From the NCBI GenBank assembly GCA_000004695.1, contig CM000153.2, positions 3,040,001-3,104,000 on the forward strand: a DNA stretch of 64,000 nt, written 5' to 3'. Below the pieces are notes generated by a model. That model had not been told where the DNA came from, did no database searches, and saw only the letters and a program-made list of their open reading frames with translations. Below are positions 35,949 to 48,494 of the stretch, piece after piece (position 1 is the stretch's first letter; each line of letters starts with the position of its first letter). The stretch comes from Dictyostelium discoideum. Lineage: Eukaryota. A program made the position numbers and the translations under genes.

Positions 35949-37305
35949 ACTTTATAACCACTATAAGACCAAAAAATATGTATACAGATTTTGATTGGTA
36001 TAAATCACTCACAGAAATAGAATGGGTAATAGAAAATGAAGGATGTAAACTAATTAAATCAGAAATTAAAGGCGAAACTCTAATTATCAAAACAGTGAAA
36101 AGAGTCGTAGAAGAATTTGACACTATCATTGAACTAGACAATCTAACATTAATTGGACACTCCAACAAAGGATGGAGAGATCAAACCTCATTACCAGAAA
36201 ATCAAGAAGAAAACAAAAATAAAAAACAATCAGATGAACAACAACCACAATCTACATCAGAACAAATACCAAAACAAGGAAAAAGAACAATCATTATCCC
36301 ACCAATCACATCCTCATCTAATGATAAAACATTTATGGCCCTAGATGATACAGCTCAAAAGGTAATAGAAGCATCACTAGAAAACGTAGATGAACTAACA
36401 AGAATAGAGAATGAGATCAATACACAATCGATAAACAATCAAGAAATTAAAACAAAATCAGAAAAACCTATCGAACCACCATCTCCATACAATACACCAA
36501 TAAAACAACACGGCGAAACAAAGGGACTAACAACGGAAGAAAAACTTAGAGAGGCAAATGATATCTTCGACTTCACCAGCCCAAACACTGATGCAATAAG
36601 AAAAATAGAATTCCCACTTTCAATCCCTTCAAATCAATGGTTCTTCTCCTCTCCAATAAAACATATCATGAGTTTCAGCCCAACCTATGGTACACCATCG
36701 AAAATTATCGATTCACCAAGTAAATTGTTAAACACACCAAAAAAGAAACAACAAGACAAAACAAACAAGACCAACAAAACACCAGTCAAACCAAAATTGG
36801 GTGAATATGGACAAAAAAGCATAAAAACAAAAATGGATGAAGATATAGACAACTTCAACAAGGAAATTCTAAAACAAATCAATAAATCAAAAAACCCCAC
36901 AAACACACAAGACCAACAACACAATGAACAAAGTAAAGATCAGTTAGAAGACAAAATAAACCAGAAACTTCAAAAGGTAGATAAAAATCTACCCCAAATA
37001 AAACTATAAAGAAAAACACAATAAGAATAGGTGTTTGGAACGTCCAAGGATCCAACACCATCCAATCTGCCAGCATAATAAACACCGTTTTAGACAACAA
37101 CAAGCTGGACGCAGCACTTCTAACTGAAACAAATATAAAAACAAATAAAATTTACTCAATAAATCAACAATATAAAAACAAAATAACACACCACGCACCA
37201 ATTGATAAAACAGGACAAGGGGTGTCACAAATCATCATCAACACCCGCAATAGAACTTCCTAAACATCTCAAAAAATACAATAATTCACTCAGTACTTTC
37301 TATAA

Positions 37306-37345
<40 letters not shown>
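35949..37345 (+). mobile_element. Fragment of a second, different non-LTR retroelement. It has an ORF1-like protein (to 37009), then the N-terminus of a distinct APE endonuclease (IRIGVWNVQGSNTIQSAS...LLTETNIK..., 37021..37260), truncated and ending in an A(40) tail.
   Basis: After the gap the ORF (FITTIRPKNMYTDFDWYKSLTEIEWVIENEG...) no longer matches copies B/C of the first family. A new APE start motif follows the stop at 37009 and differs from the MVVIKINQWNVRGWG of copy A. Oligo(A) at 37305..37345. Confidence 0.55.
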
Positions 37346-37349
<4 letters not shown>

Positions 37350-37680
37350 CAGGTTAATCAGAAAAATAAAAAAGATAGAAAGAAAATAAAATGAAAATCA
37401 CAAACAACACCACAAATATTAAGCAACACAAATGCCTACAAAAAATAAGCGAAATTGTGGATAAAACTCAATTAAAAAAAAAACAATTCAAATACGTCAT
37501 AAACATCAATCACGAACCAGACGATAAAATAAAAAAAGATTTAGAAAAAAGTTTGGACAAAAAAGATGTTTTAATCAAAAAGACCCTGTAAAAAAAAAAA
37601 AAAAATAAAATGAGATCTAGCATCTCAAGGAGAAGCAAATAATAATTGCGTTATCCAATTCAAAAAAAAAAAAAAGTGGG
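37346..37680 (+). mobile_element. Additional retroelement 3'-end remnants: two further oligo(A) tracts (37598..37612, 37666..37679), each preceded by non-AT-rich tail sequence, and a 66-aa ORF at 37391..37591.
   Basis: Three oligo(A) tails within about 400 bp downstream of a tRNA gene, which fits nested or serial TRE3 insertions. The sequence is unlike the surrounding intergenic AT-rich DNA. Confidence 0.35.
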
Positions 37681-37951
37681 TATTTTATGAAAATTTTGTT
37701 GTATGGCTCTATTGATAATGACAAAGATGTTTTTTACAATTTTAAATTTGAAATTCCATAAAATATATAAACATCCATTTAAATAAATAATTAATCTTGT
37801 TTTTTATTTTTATAAAAAATTTTCAAATTTAATTGAAATTTTTTTCTTTTAAAATTACAAAAAAAAAATCCCACTTTTTTTTCACAAATAAAAAAAGTTT
37901 TTTTTTTTATTTTATTTATTATTTTTTTAATAAATTATTTTTTAAAAAATA

Positions 37952-38076
37952 ATGGTGAAAAGAATAAAAAATAAACAAATACAAAATACATATGGTCAGA
38001 ATGATCAGCATGAACTCAAGCTACAAAAATCCAAAATTCAAATACCAAAAGAAAAAGGAGAACATCAAGGCGAGCC

Positions 38077-38143
<67 letters not shown>

Positions 38144-40801
38144 AAACAACAAAAACAACAAAAACAAGAATATAATGAAAATGAAAAATTATTTTGGAAA
38201 GTAATTAAAAATAAATTTTTAAAAACATACATATTTTCATTTTTAAATGATAAATCAAAGATTCAAAATAAAATTTACAAGTATGATGAAATTTGTTCCG
38301 TTCAATTTTTAATAAAGAATAATTTAATTGAACTATTAAAATATAAAGTTAAAAGAGGTGAAACTTTGATTGATTTTCTACCATTTTTAAAAAAAAGAAA
38401 ATTTCAAAATTATAAACCACCCACTGAAGATCCAAATGATAGAAAATCAATTTTTAAAGTTATAAAAAATGATACAGAATTTTATCAAAACCTTTTCAAA
38501 AATTATAATCAAAATTTCATATCAAATGAAAAAACATTTTTTGCCAATGGTTATACTCCTTCCATTTTACCATTATCAATGGAGGACGATGGTAAATTCG
38601 ATTTAAAAATTGAAACAAAAAAACAAATAATAAAAGATGATAATGAATGTGCATTTAGAATTTTTCAAAATGTAAACTCTGTTCAAATAACTGTCGAAGA
38701 TTTTTGTGATGCAATATCAGAAGGTTCAATTAAAACAGCTAAATTAATTTTTAATCGATTAAAAAAGGAATCAAATTTTAAAAAACATGAATTAATTGGA
38801 AAAGTTTGGAAAAATTATACATTTTTAAATTCAAATTCACCAATGTTTAAAGATTTTACTTTTAAAATTTCACCATCAACTTTTGAAACCTCTGAAACAT
38901 TTTCAACTTTATCTTTATCATCACAATCACAATCACCATTACCATCATCTCAAATATCAACCACATCAAAATTTAAAATTATAAATAAATCAGTTAAATT
39001 ATTATTGATTGACTTAAAATTTATACCACCAAAAGAAATGAATAATATTAATCAAGATATTTTTAAAATTGATATTAAAGAATTAAAAGTTAAACATCTT
39101 TTAGAATCATGTAAAACAATTTCAATGATATTACAATTTACAAATTTATTTGATACTTATTTAAAAACTTTAAAAAAGAAAGAAATCAGTGATAAATTTA
39201 TGGGATTTGAAGGTGAACTTCAAACATATTTACCAAATCCATTAATTGATTTTTTAAGTTTTGAAAAATTAATTGAAATTGAACAAAATTTAAAACCTAA
39301 ATCAATTGAATCATTGGTTCATTCAATATCAACAAGTGATACTGATAGCGATTACATTTTTAAACTATTTAAAATGTTATTAACATTTACAGATTATTCA
39401 ACAGTTTTTAAAGATAATTTTATATTTTTCAAATGTAAATATTTTAATGATTATTCATTATGTAAATCAGCAAAAGATAAACAATTACCATTCCAATTAG
39501 GTTCATTTGAAAATATTTTACCAAATTCTTCTTATTTAAGTAACTTGTTTCAATTATTTTCATATTGTCAAAATGAAAAAGAAATTCAAACTAAATTCAT
39601 TAATCAAGCAATTGAAAATATAATTCAAAGTTTAAAAGATTCAAAAAGACCAATAATTAAACCATTAAATTTAATTATAACATTATTACACTTTGATTAC
39701 ATTGAATTTATTTCAATATTTTATAAAAATCTAAAAGATATTATTAAAAACGAGAAAGATTTACTACCAATTGATTTACTTGACCATATAAAATCAACAA
39801 CTACTTTTGATTTTTTTATTAATAGTAATTTATTATTTAAAAATCAAATTAATTTAAATAATTGTTTAATTTTGAAAAATAATGGTGGTGGTGGTGAACC
39901 ATTAAATTTAATGTATCATATTAAAAGTAATTATAATAATATTTATAAAGAATTAATTAGTTCAATTGATACAACTATTAATGATCCAATAAATTATTCA
40001 ATTGAATCATTATTATTTATTTATAATAATATAAAAGATTTTGAATATTGTTATGAAAGAATTAATGTATGGAAAAGAAGTAATATTGATTTATCATTAA
40101 ATCAATTCATTCAATTAGTTAATTGTACACCAATAAATAAGCAATATAACTATATCTGTGGTAATGGTTCATTTGATAAATTCAATTACGATTCATGTTT
40201 ATTAAAGTATAATTGGGTTATAAGAAATAAAAAACATGATATTCAATCAAATAGATGTGATAGTAATTATGGTTCAACAGAGATTGGAATAGATGCAAAA
40301 CTTGTTATTATACCATTATACCAATACTATAATCATAATAAATTAAAGTTAAATGATATATTCCCAAAATTGAATACATTAGATCCAATAATTTTCAATA
40401 AACCTCAAAATCATTTAATTCATAAAATTATAAGTGCAATTGGTGAAAGAGGTGATATAAAATCATTAGAGACTTTATTAAAATTAATGGATTTCTCAAA
40501 TTTTAATAGAACTTCTTTTTTTTATTTTTATAGTTTTTTTTTATTTGTCATTTTAGCTGGTGCTTTAAAAAATGGTCATTTAAAACTATTCCAATACTTA
40601 AAATCAAATTATCCTCACTTTTTTAATGAAAAATTAAATTTTGGTAATAATATAAATAATTTAGAAAGTTATGGTGTATTTCAAATAAATACTTTATTTG
40701 AAATATTAAGAGATATCTCAATAATTTATAATTTAGTTGATATTTTTAATGAAATAAAAAATAATATATTTTTTGAGCATTTTAATTATAAAAATAAATA
40801 A
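37952..40801 (+). CDS. Large orphan protein (949 aa), single exon, with an N-terminal poly-Gln tract. No recognisable domain.
   Basis: Long uninterrupted ORF with moderate-complexity composition (many F/N/K/I). (CAA)n at about 38090..38165. Confidence 0.5.
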
Positions 40802-40856
40802 AATAAATAATTAAAAATAAATAAATTTTAAATAAATAAATAAATAAATATATATC

Positions 40857-40888
<32 letters not shown>

Positions 40889-40970
40889 CAAATAAATTGA
40901 AAAAAATAATAACAAAAATAAATTAAAAATATTCTTTTTATTTTTTTATATTTTTTATTATTTTTAATGT

Positions 40971-41817
40971 TTATTTAGCTTTACCTTGATTGGCAACAGC
41001 TTGGATAGCAGCATTTAATTCTGATTCATCAGCAAGGTAGTAGTGTTTAATTGGTTTAAGGTTTTCATCCAATTCATATACTAATGGGATACCAGTTGGA
41101 ATATCCATTGATACAATCTTATCATCAGCAATGTTATCTAAATATTTAACTAAAGCTCTAATTGAATTACCATGAGCAGCAATTAAAACTTTTTGACCTG
41201 ATCTATATAATATAAATAAATGTTCATTTAAAATTAGTATATATATATTAAAATTATTATTATTATTAATTAATATTATTATTATTAAAGAATACATACT
41301 TAATTGTTGGAGCAATAGTATCATTCCAAAGTGGTAAAAATCTTTCAACAGTATCTTTAAGACATTCAGTTTTTGGGAGATCAGATTTATCTAATTTAGC
41401 ATAACGTGGATCATTACCTGGATAACGTTCATCAGATTCTTCGAGGGCTGGTGGTGGGATATCATAAGATCTTCTCCAGATTAATACTTGATCTTCACCA
41501 TATTTTGCGGCAGTTTCTGATTTATTTAAACCTTGAAGTGAACCATACATACGTTCATTTAATCTCCATTGTCTTGAAACTGGAATCCAATAAAGGTTCA
41601 ATTCTTCTAAGAGGATCCAAAGGGTACGAATTGCTCTCTTTAAAACACTTGTGTAGGCAATATCAAATGTAAAACCTGCTTTTAATAATCTTTTACCTGC
41701 TTCATGAGCTTCTTGAACACCTTTCTCTGAAAGATCAACATCTGTCCAACCTGTGAATTTATTCTCTTTATTCCATGTTGATTCACCATGTCTAATTAAA
41801 ACTAATTTATAAACCAT
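40971..41817 (-). CDS. gpmA: 2,3-bisphosphoglycerate-dependent phosphoglycerate mutase (dPGM). Two exons: 41817..41300 and 41202..40971.
   Basis: [33 protein letters not shown] (the RHGE catalytic-His motif) ...APTIK / [23 protein letters not shown]... The GTATGT donor (phase 2, AA+A=Lys) and tatag acceptor restore the canonical ...IK-SG...AAHGNS sequence. Intron 41203..41299. Confidence 0.9.
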
Positions 41818-42072
41818 TTTCTTATTTTAAAAGTAATTTAAAAAAAAAAAAAAAAATGAAAAAAAAAAAAAAAAAAAAATTTATGTGCACATCCAAAAAA
41901 AAAAAAAAATAAAATAAAAAAAATAAAAAAAATAAAAAAAAATAAAATAAAAAACAAAAATAAATTAAAAATTCGGACGCAAGAACTGTTTTGGCCGGGT
42001 GATTTGACAGTCAATTTTTTAATTTTTTTTTTTATTTTTTTTAATTTTTTTTTATTTTTTATTTAAAATTAC

Positions 42073-42931
42073 TTAAAAAGGAATTGATTTACTTTCACTA
42101 ATTAATTCACAAGTATCAGATAATATTGGATCATTTAAAGTTTTTGGAATTGATTCCACTTTAAGTGATTGAGAGAAAGTTCCAATTTCTTTTGGTTTGA
42201 AAATGATTGGGACTTTGGTTGTAGTCTTTGGATTTAATGTTATGGTATGATGATTCAATATGAATGGTGATGGTGATGGTAAACTTAATCTAACATTTAA
42301 AGTTGCATTTGAGGCATTTGATATTGATACTTTGTTTGTTGAAGATTGTCCAATTTGAACAATACCAAATGTTATTTTATTATCATAAAAGAATAAAATT
42401 CCATTTGTATGTTGTTTGGGTTGTTGTTGTTGTGGTGGTTGTTGTTGTTGTTGTTGTTGCTTTCTTTGTTGTTGTGGTGGTGGTTGTTGGTCAGGTTCAA
42501 ATTGATGAATATGGTAATGTCTAACTTCTTCACTCTTTTTTATACCATCTGTAGTTGTAGTAACAGTTGGGTTAAATCTTAATGTATTTTCAAATGTATT
42601 GAATAAATTATTTTCATTATTATTATTATTATTATTTGTATTGTTATAAACTGAAGGTTGAGGTTTTTTTAAAATTGATTTTAAGTTTGTATTATTCGAA
42701 GCTGATGTTGTAGGAGGAATGTTGGTGGTTGCTGCATTAAATGAAGTGGTGTTTGCATTTAAAACCGAATTTGTTGGAAATGGTAAATTGATTGTCGCTT
42801 TAAATGGTGTATTGTTTAAATCCATTTCTGAAAGTTCAAATTCTCTTCCATTAATTGGTGTTGCTGTTGTTGTTGTTGTTGTTGTTGATGTAGTTGTTTT
42901 TTTAGTAGATGGTGGTAAATTACTAAAAATA

Positions 42932-43017
<86 letters not shown>

Positions 43018-46000
43018 ATTATTATTTTGTTTTGTTGGTGGATTACCAATTATTGGAGTTATTTTAATACTTGATAAATTATTAAAGAATAATTCAACAT
43101 CATCATAATCATCTAAATCGAAATTATGATTTTGACTATTTGAATCATTAATTTGTTGAGAATTTTCATTGATAAAAGTTTCTTTAAATTGAATATCTTG
43201 AATTTCTTCTTCTTTAAATTTGAAATCAAATAAGAATTCATCATCAAATGAAACCTCTTTACTTGTTGAATCCATTGAATCAGTTTTAAGATTTTCCAAT
43301 CTATTATGAACTGATCTAATCTTTCTTTGACGTGAAATTTCATCACCAAAATATAATTTAACTTTACCTGGTGATATTGTTGAATTCATTAATGATCCAT
43401 TTAATTGTGATAATAAATTATTGATACTACCGCCACCACTGCTGCTATTTGGATGAATTTCTAAACGGAAATCAACTTGTTCACCAACACCAATTGAAAC
43501 ACGATCTGGTTTAATAGTTGATTTTGAATTTGGATAAAATGAAATAGCTCTAACAAAACCTGAACGTTGACCTGTATTTTTAACTGTAAATTTACAATAA
43601 ACAGATTTACCATCAGTACTTTGCTTATTAACATATAATACAATATTATTATTATTATTGTTGTTTGAACCACTTGTATTATCAATTGAATCTAAATTAC
43701 GAGCAGAAGAAGCAACTTCCATTTTAGCGGAACCACCATAACCAAGAACCGGTATTGAGAATGATAGTTGTTTATTCAATGATGAGAAAACAACTACACT
43801 ACCATGTGGTGATATTGAAAGTGGTGTATAAATTATCTCTACTTCAGTCTTTGAATGTGGACTAATTAATAATTGTTCACCATTACCAATACTAAAGAAT
43901 GAATGACTATTATTACTACTACTACTACCACTATGATCATTTTGTTTAAATGTTGCATTCAAATGTAATGCATGTGGTAATGTACTAGTTAATGTTATAA
44001 GTACACTCTTTGTATCACCTAATTTAACACCACCAAAATTAACCACTTTTCTATTACAATAAAGTGATGGTGGTAAATTATTATTATTATCATCATCATC
44101 GTCATCGTTATGAAAAATAACACTTGAATTATTGATATTATTTAAATTATCTTGATCGTCAGAGATGATTTTAGTTGATGGTAAAAGTTTATTACTATCC
44201 TGATAGTAATTATCTTTACGTATATTATTAAATCTCTTTGACTGATAAGTTGGAGAAGGTGGTGATGATGGCATATATAAAGTTGAATCTAATGGTACGG
44301 TTATACCAATAACATCGATTTTAATCTTTTCCTTTGTTATTGATGGTGTTGAAATTATAATTGCTGCACGTTGTAATTGAATATTATTATTTGGTTGATA
44401 CTTAATTTGTAATGGTATCATTGAATTTGGTTCAACTGAAAATATTGATGGACTAATTGAAAATACATCTGGTTGTGTTGAAATGCATTCAATATCAATT
44501 AATTCATTATTATTATTATTAATTTTATTATAACTATTAAAATTACAATACATTGATAAAGTTTCAATTGGATAGATTTTCTTTCTTTCTTCATATACTA
44601 ATTTAATACCATTCTCTAAAACATAATTTGAAATACTTAATGGTACTCTACTATTATTATCAATATTTTCATAATCTTCATTATCATTATCATCACTACT
44701 ACTACCAATACTACTACTATCATCATTTAGTTTTTCCTTTTTCAATATGAATTTTGGTGTAAATGATTTTGATTTTTCAATTTTTTCAAGTTTTTGTTGT
44801 TGTGATAATAATGTTGATGGTGATTGTGTTGGTGATGGATCAATTATTAATGGTTTTTGTGAGGTTGGTGTTTTAGAATTATTATTGTTATTATCAATAT
44901 TATTATTATTATGATGATTATTAGTAATAGTTGCCGATAATTTAATTAATTTCTTTTGACCAGTTAATTGATCAATAATGGTTGCATTCGCATTATAAAT
45001 TTGTTTTTCTGGTAAATTGAATTTAAGAGAGATTTGATCATTTGATAATTTTTCAAATGAAAATCCTTCACCATTTATTTCATATGTTAATTTTTGACCA
45101 TCTATAAGTTAAAAAAAAATAAATTAAAAAAAGAATTATTAGTATGTAAACATATATATAAATTTTTAATAATAATAAAAATAAAAATATACATACTTTG
45201 AGATTTTAAAGAAAGATTTGAAGTTAAAGTATCATTAGAATTACATTCACCCATATCCCAATTATTATAACTATAAAATAAATCTTCATGATTTAAAATA
45301 TCAGCAGTTGGTGTTGCATTGATTGGGATGGATAGATTGTAAACACCACTTTGTGGTATATATTGAATTCTAAATTCATCTTCAGTCTCACTATCATTTA
45401 AATTCAATGGAACTGTTCCACTACAGGTCAATACTAAATTTGCATAATGTATACCATTTGATTCTGGTTTTGGTAAATTATCAACATTTGGTATATATTC
45501 AACCTTTAAGAATATATGTGATAATGGTTGAATTATAATTATTGGTGGAAATGGTGCCAATTCACCTTGTTTGAGACCATTATTCGATGGTGTATTATTG
45601 TTATTATTGGTTTTATCAGAAACTATTATTCTAAAAGCATCTTTATCTAATCCAAAAATATTAATATTTGATAATGTTACAGGTTTTGAATGTGGATTTG
45701 TTACAATTATATCTCTACTTAAAATCCACTCTAATTCACATTTTCCTAAATCTATTCTCTTTTCAATTACTACCATTGGATATTTAATTATGCCATCGTC
45801 ATAATTTTCTTCATTAATGTCTTCAATGTGTTGTTGTTGTTGTTGCTGTTGTTGGGGTGTTCTTGGACGTTGTTGTTGTTGGTGTTGTGGTGTTTTTGGT
45901 CTATTTGGTTGTTCTTGTTCTTGTTCTTGTTGTTGCATTTTTTGTTGATATTGAGAATTATTTATTAATGAAGATATTAAGAATGAATTATTTTTAATTT

Positions 46001-48037
46001 TTGGTGATTTAGGTTGAATTTGTGATGGTTGAGGTTGTTGTTTTGATTGTTGAGGTTGTTGATGTTGGTGTTGTAGTTGTGGTTGTAGTTGTGGTTGTGA
46101 TGGTTGTTGTTGTTGTTGTTTTGGATTTAAATATCTTTCTTTTAATCTTTGATAAGTATCATAATCTAAATTACCTCTTGTAGGTGTATAACCAACATGA
46201 GAAGGATCATTTGGAACACCAATTGAAGCAAATGTTGTATCATTTTGACCAGTTCTATTACTAACATCACCACTAATATTTGTTAGAATTGGTGATACAT
46301 AATTATTCATTCTACCACTAACACCACCATTCATACTTTGATTATGGCCACTATTGTGATTTGGTGTTGTACCATTTGGAGTATTTTGATAACCACCACC
46401 ACCACCACCACCATTCATACTTTGATTTCCACTATTTCCAAATGTTTGATTTATGCTATTGTTATTATTAATAATATTATTATTATTATCAGCAGTAGGG
46501 TCATTCATACTTTGATTTCTACTAAAATTTAATTCATTATTATCATTATTGTTTTCATTTTTATTTCTTTCATAATGATCATCATCATTTATAGTTTCGC
46601 CAAACTCAATACCAGACCCAGTACCTGATAATCTACCCATATGTGGTGATTTATATTGAAAATAGGTACCAGGTGTTTTAGCTTCACCATTATCTTGAAT
46701 GAAAGCTTGATTACTATTATTTAAAGATTGATGATTCATTTGATCATCTTTATAATTATCATTACCATTATTATTATTATTATTATCATTATGATTATTG
46801 TCGTTATCATTATTATCCAGATATTGGTCATCTTCATAAACTTCGACATGTGGTTCTTGGTATTGATGTTGATAACTATAATTATTATAACTATTATTAT
46901 AATTTTGACTTTTATTATTAATACTATTTTGATAACCATCATTATTAATATTATTATTATTATTATTATGGTCATCATCATCATCATCATCGTCACCTTG
47001 GTAATTTGTTGCTGGTGAATACATTAAAGATGTATCAATGACACTTTGTCCATTAATGTCAGTGAATTGATTACTACCATTTTGTCTAGTATTTCCAATA
47101 TTATCAATATTTGGATTATTATTATGATTATTTATAAAATCTTTATTAAATCTATTATTTTGTGAACCATAGAAATCAACATCATTAATATCTATGTCTA
47201 AATTAATTCATAATAAAATAAAATTCAAACCAATATTAGTATCATGTTAATATAATAATATATAATATATATAATATTTATTACTATTATCATATGAGAA
47301 TAAAACTTACTTGGATTTGAAACATTAAATGAGAATGTTGTATCACGTAAAATATTATCGTCACCATTAAAATTATCGAATGGTAAACTATTTTGAAAAT
47401 TTTGATTTGGTTGGTTTTGTGTTTGTTGTTGTAATTGTGGTTGTTGTGAATTTTGATGTGATGGTGATTGTTGATATCTTGATAAATGTTTATTAATGAA
47501 ACTATCTTGTGATAATCTTTGATTATGTAGATTCTTTATACTACTGATGAAAGAATTTTGTTTATGTAATGCTGAATTACGAAATGAATCACCAAAATTA
47601 TTATTACCATTATTACCATTATTATTGTTGTGGTGGTTGTTGTTGATACCATTGTTATCAGGTACTCTTGAATCAAATAATACAGATTGATTTCTATGAT
47701 TTCTTGAATCATTATCAGTGATATTACCAACATAACTATAATTCTCTACTCTATTACCACCACTACTACCACCACCACCACCACCACTACTACTACCAAC
47801 TCTTGTATCATCTAAAAATCCATTACCAACATTATTTAAATTGACTTTATCACTAACATTTGAAAATCTACTTAGGAATTGGTCATTATTACTTCTATTG
47901 GATCCTAATCCAAATTCATCCAAATTACCAAATTCTGTACTAAGATGATGATTGAAATTATTTAATAAATTATCATCATCTCTAAATGATAATGAAATTG
48001 GGTTAAATCCTGAAAATGGGTTCACGTGTTGATCCAT
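42073..48037 (-). CDS. Very large protein (about 1900 aa) with low-complexity Asn/Gln/Ser regions and at least four Ig-like beta-sandwich segments of PapD/MSP/ASH type. Possibly a Cep192/SPD-2- or Hydin-like ASH-domain protein. At least 3 exons: 48037..~47316, ~47205..~45189, ~45092..42073.
   Basis: Exon junctions NVSNPSK|gtaagt ... tttag|DIDINDVDFYG... and ...SLKSQ(S)|gtatgt ... ttatag|DGQKLTYEINGEGFSFEKLSNDQISLKFNLPEKQ..., which joins to MKKEKLNDDSSS.... Repeated segments such as ...ILSRDIIVTNPHSKPVTLSNINIFGLDKDAFRIIV..., ...NRKVVNFGGVKLGDTKSVLITLTSTLPHALHLNATFK..., ...VYCKFTVKNTGQRSGFVRAISFYPNS..., ...ITFGIVQIGQSSTNKVSISNASNATLNVRLSLPSP... have the F-G-x-V-x-x-G ... N-x-(S/G) ... pattern of ASH/MSP folds. 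Confidence 0.5.
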
Positions 48038-48243
48038 TCCAAATAAATGCTTAACCTGTTGTTGTTATTATTTTTTTTTTTTTTTTTAAATTCAAAATTT
48101 CAAAAAAAAATTATTTAATAAATAAAATTAAAAGGTTTAAAATAAAAAAACTTATAAAAGTTTATGAATATGTTATGTTATTGAAGTGAATGAAAAAAAA
48201 ATAAAAAAAAAAAGATAAAAAAAATAAAAAAAAAATTCAATTT

Positions 48244-48278
<35 letters not shown>

Positions 48279-48453
48279 CGGGAAATTAATCAAAAGGGTT
48301 TACTTGTTTTTTTTTTTTTTTTTTTTCGATGTCGAACAGAATTCTAATAGATTTGTGTATTTTTGGAGCAATTGCATGTTTTATTGTGTGTGTTTCTCGA
48401 GAATTAAAGGTTTGTATTTTTCAATTTTTTAAAAATTTTTCATGAATTTAATT

Positions 48454-48456
<3 letters not shown>

Positions 48457-48494
<38 letters not shown>

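Noticed and set aside
42303-43108. Val/Leu-rich plus-strand ORFs (42303..42524, 42719..43108)
   Set aside because: Antisense to Gln/Asn tracts of the giant ASH-protein gene.
46338-47018. Ile-rich ORFs on both strands
   Set aside because: Frame-shifted or antisense readings of AAT/ATT repeats in the giant gene's Asn-rich exon.
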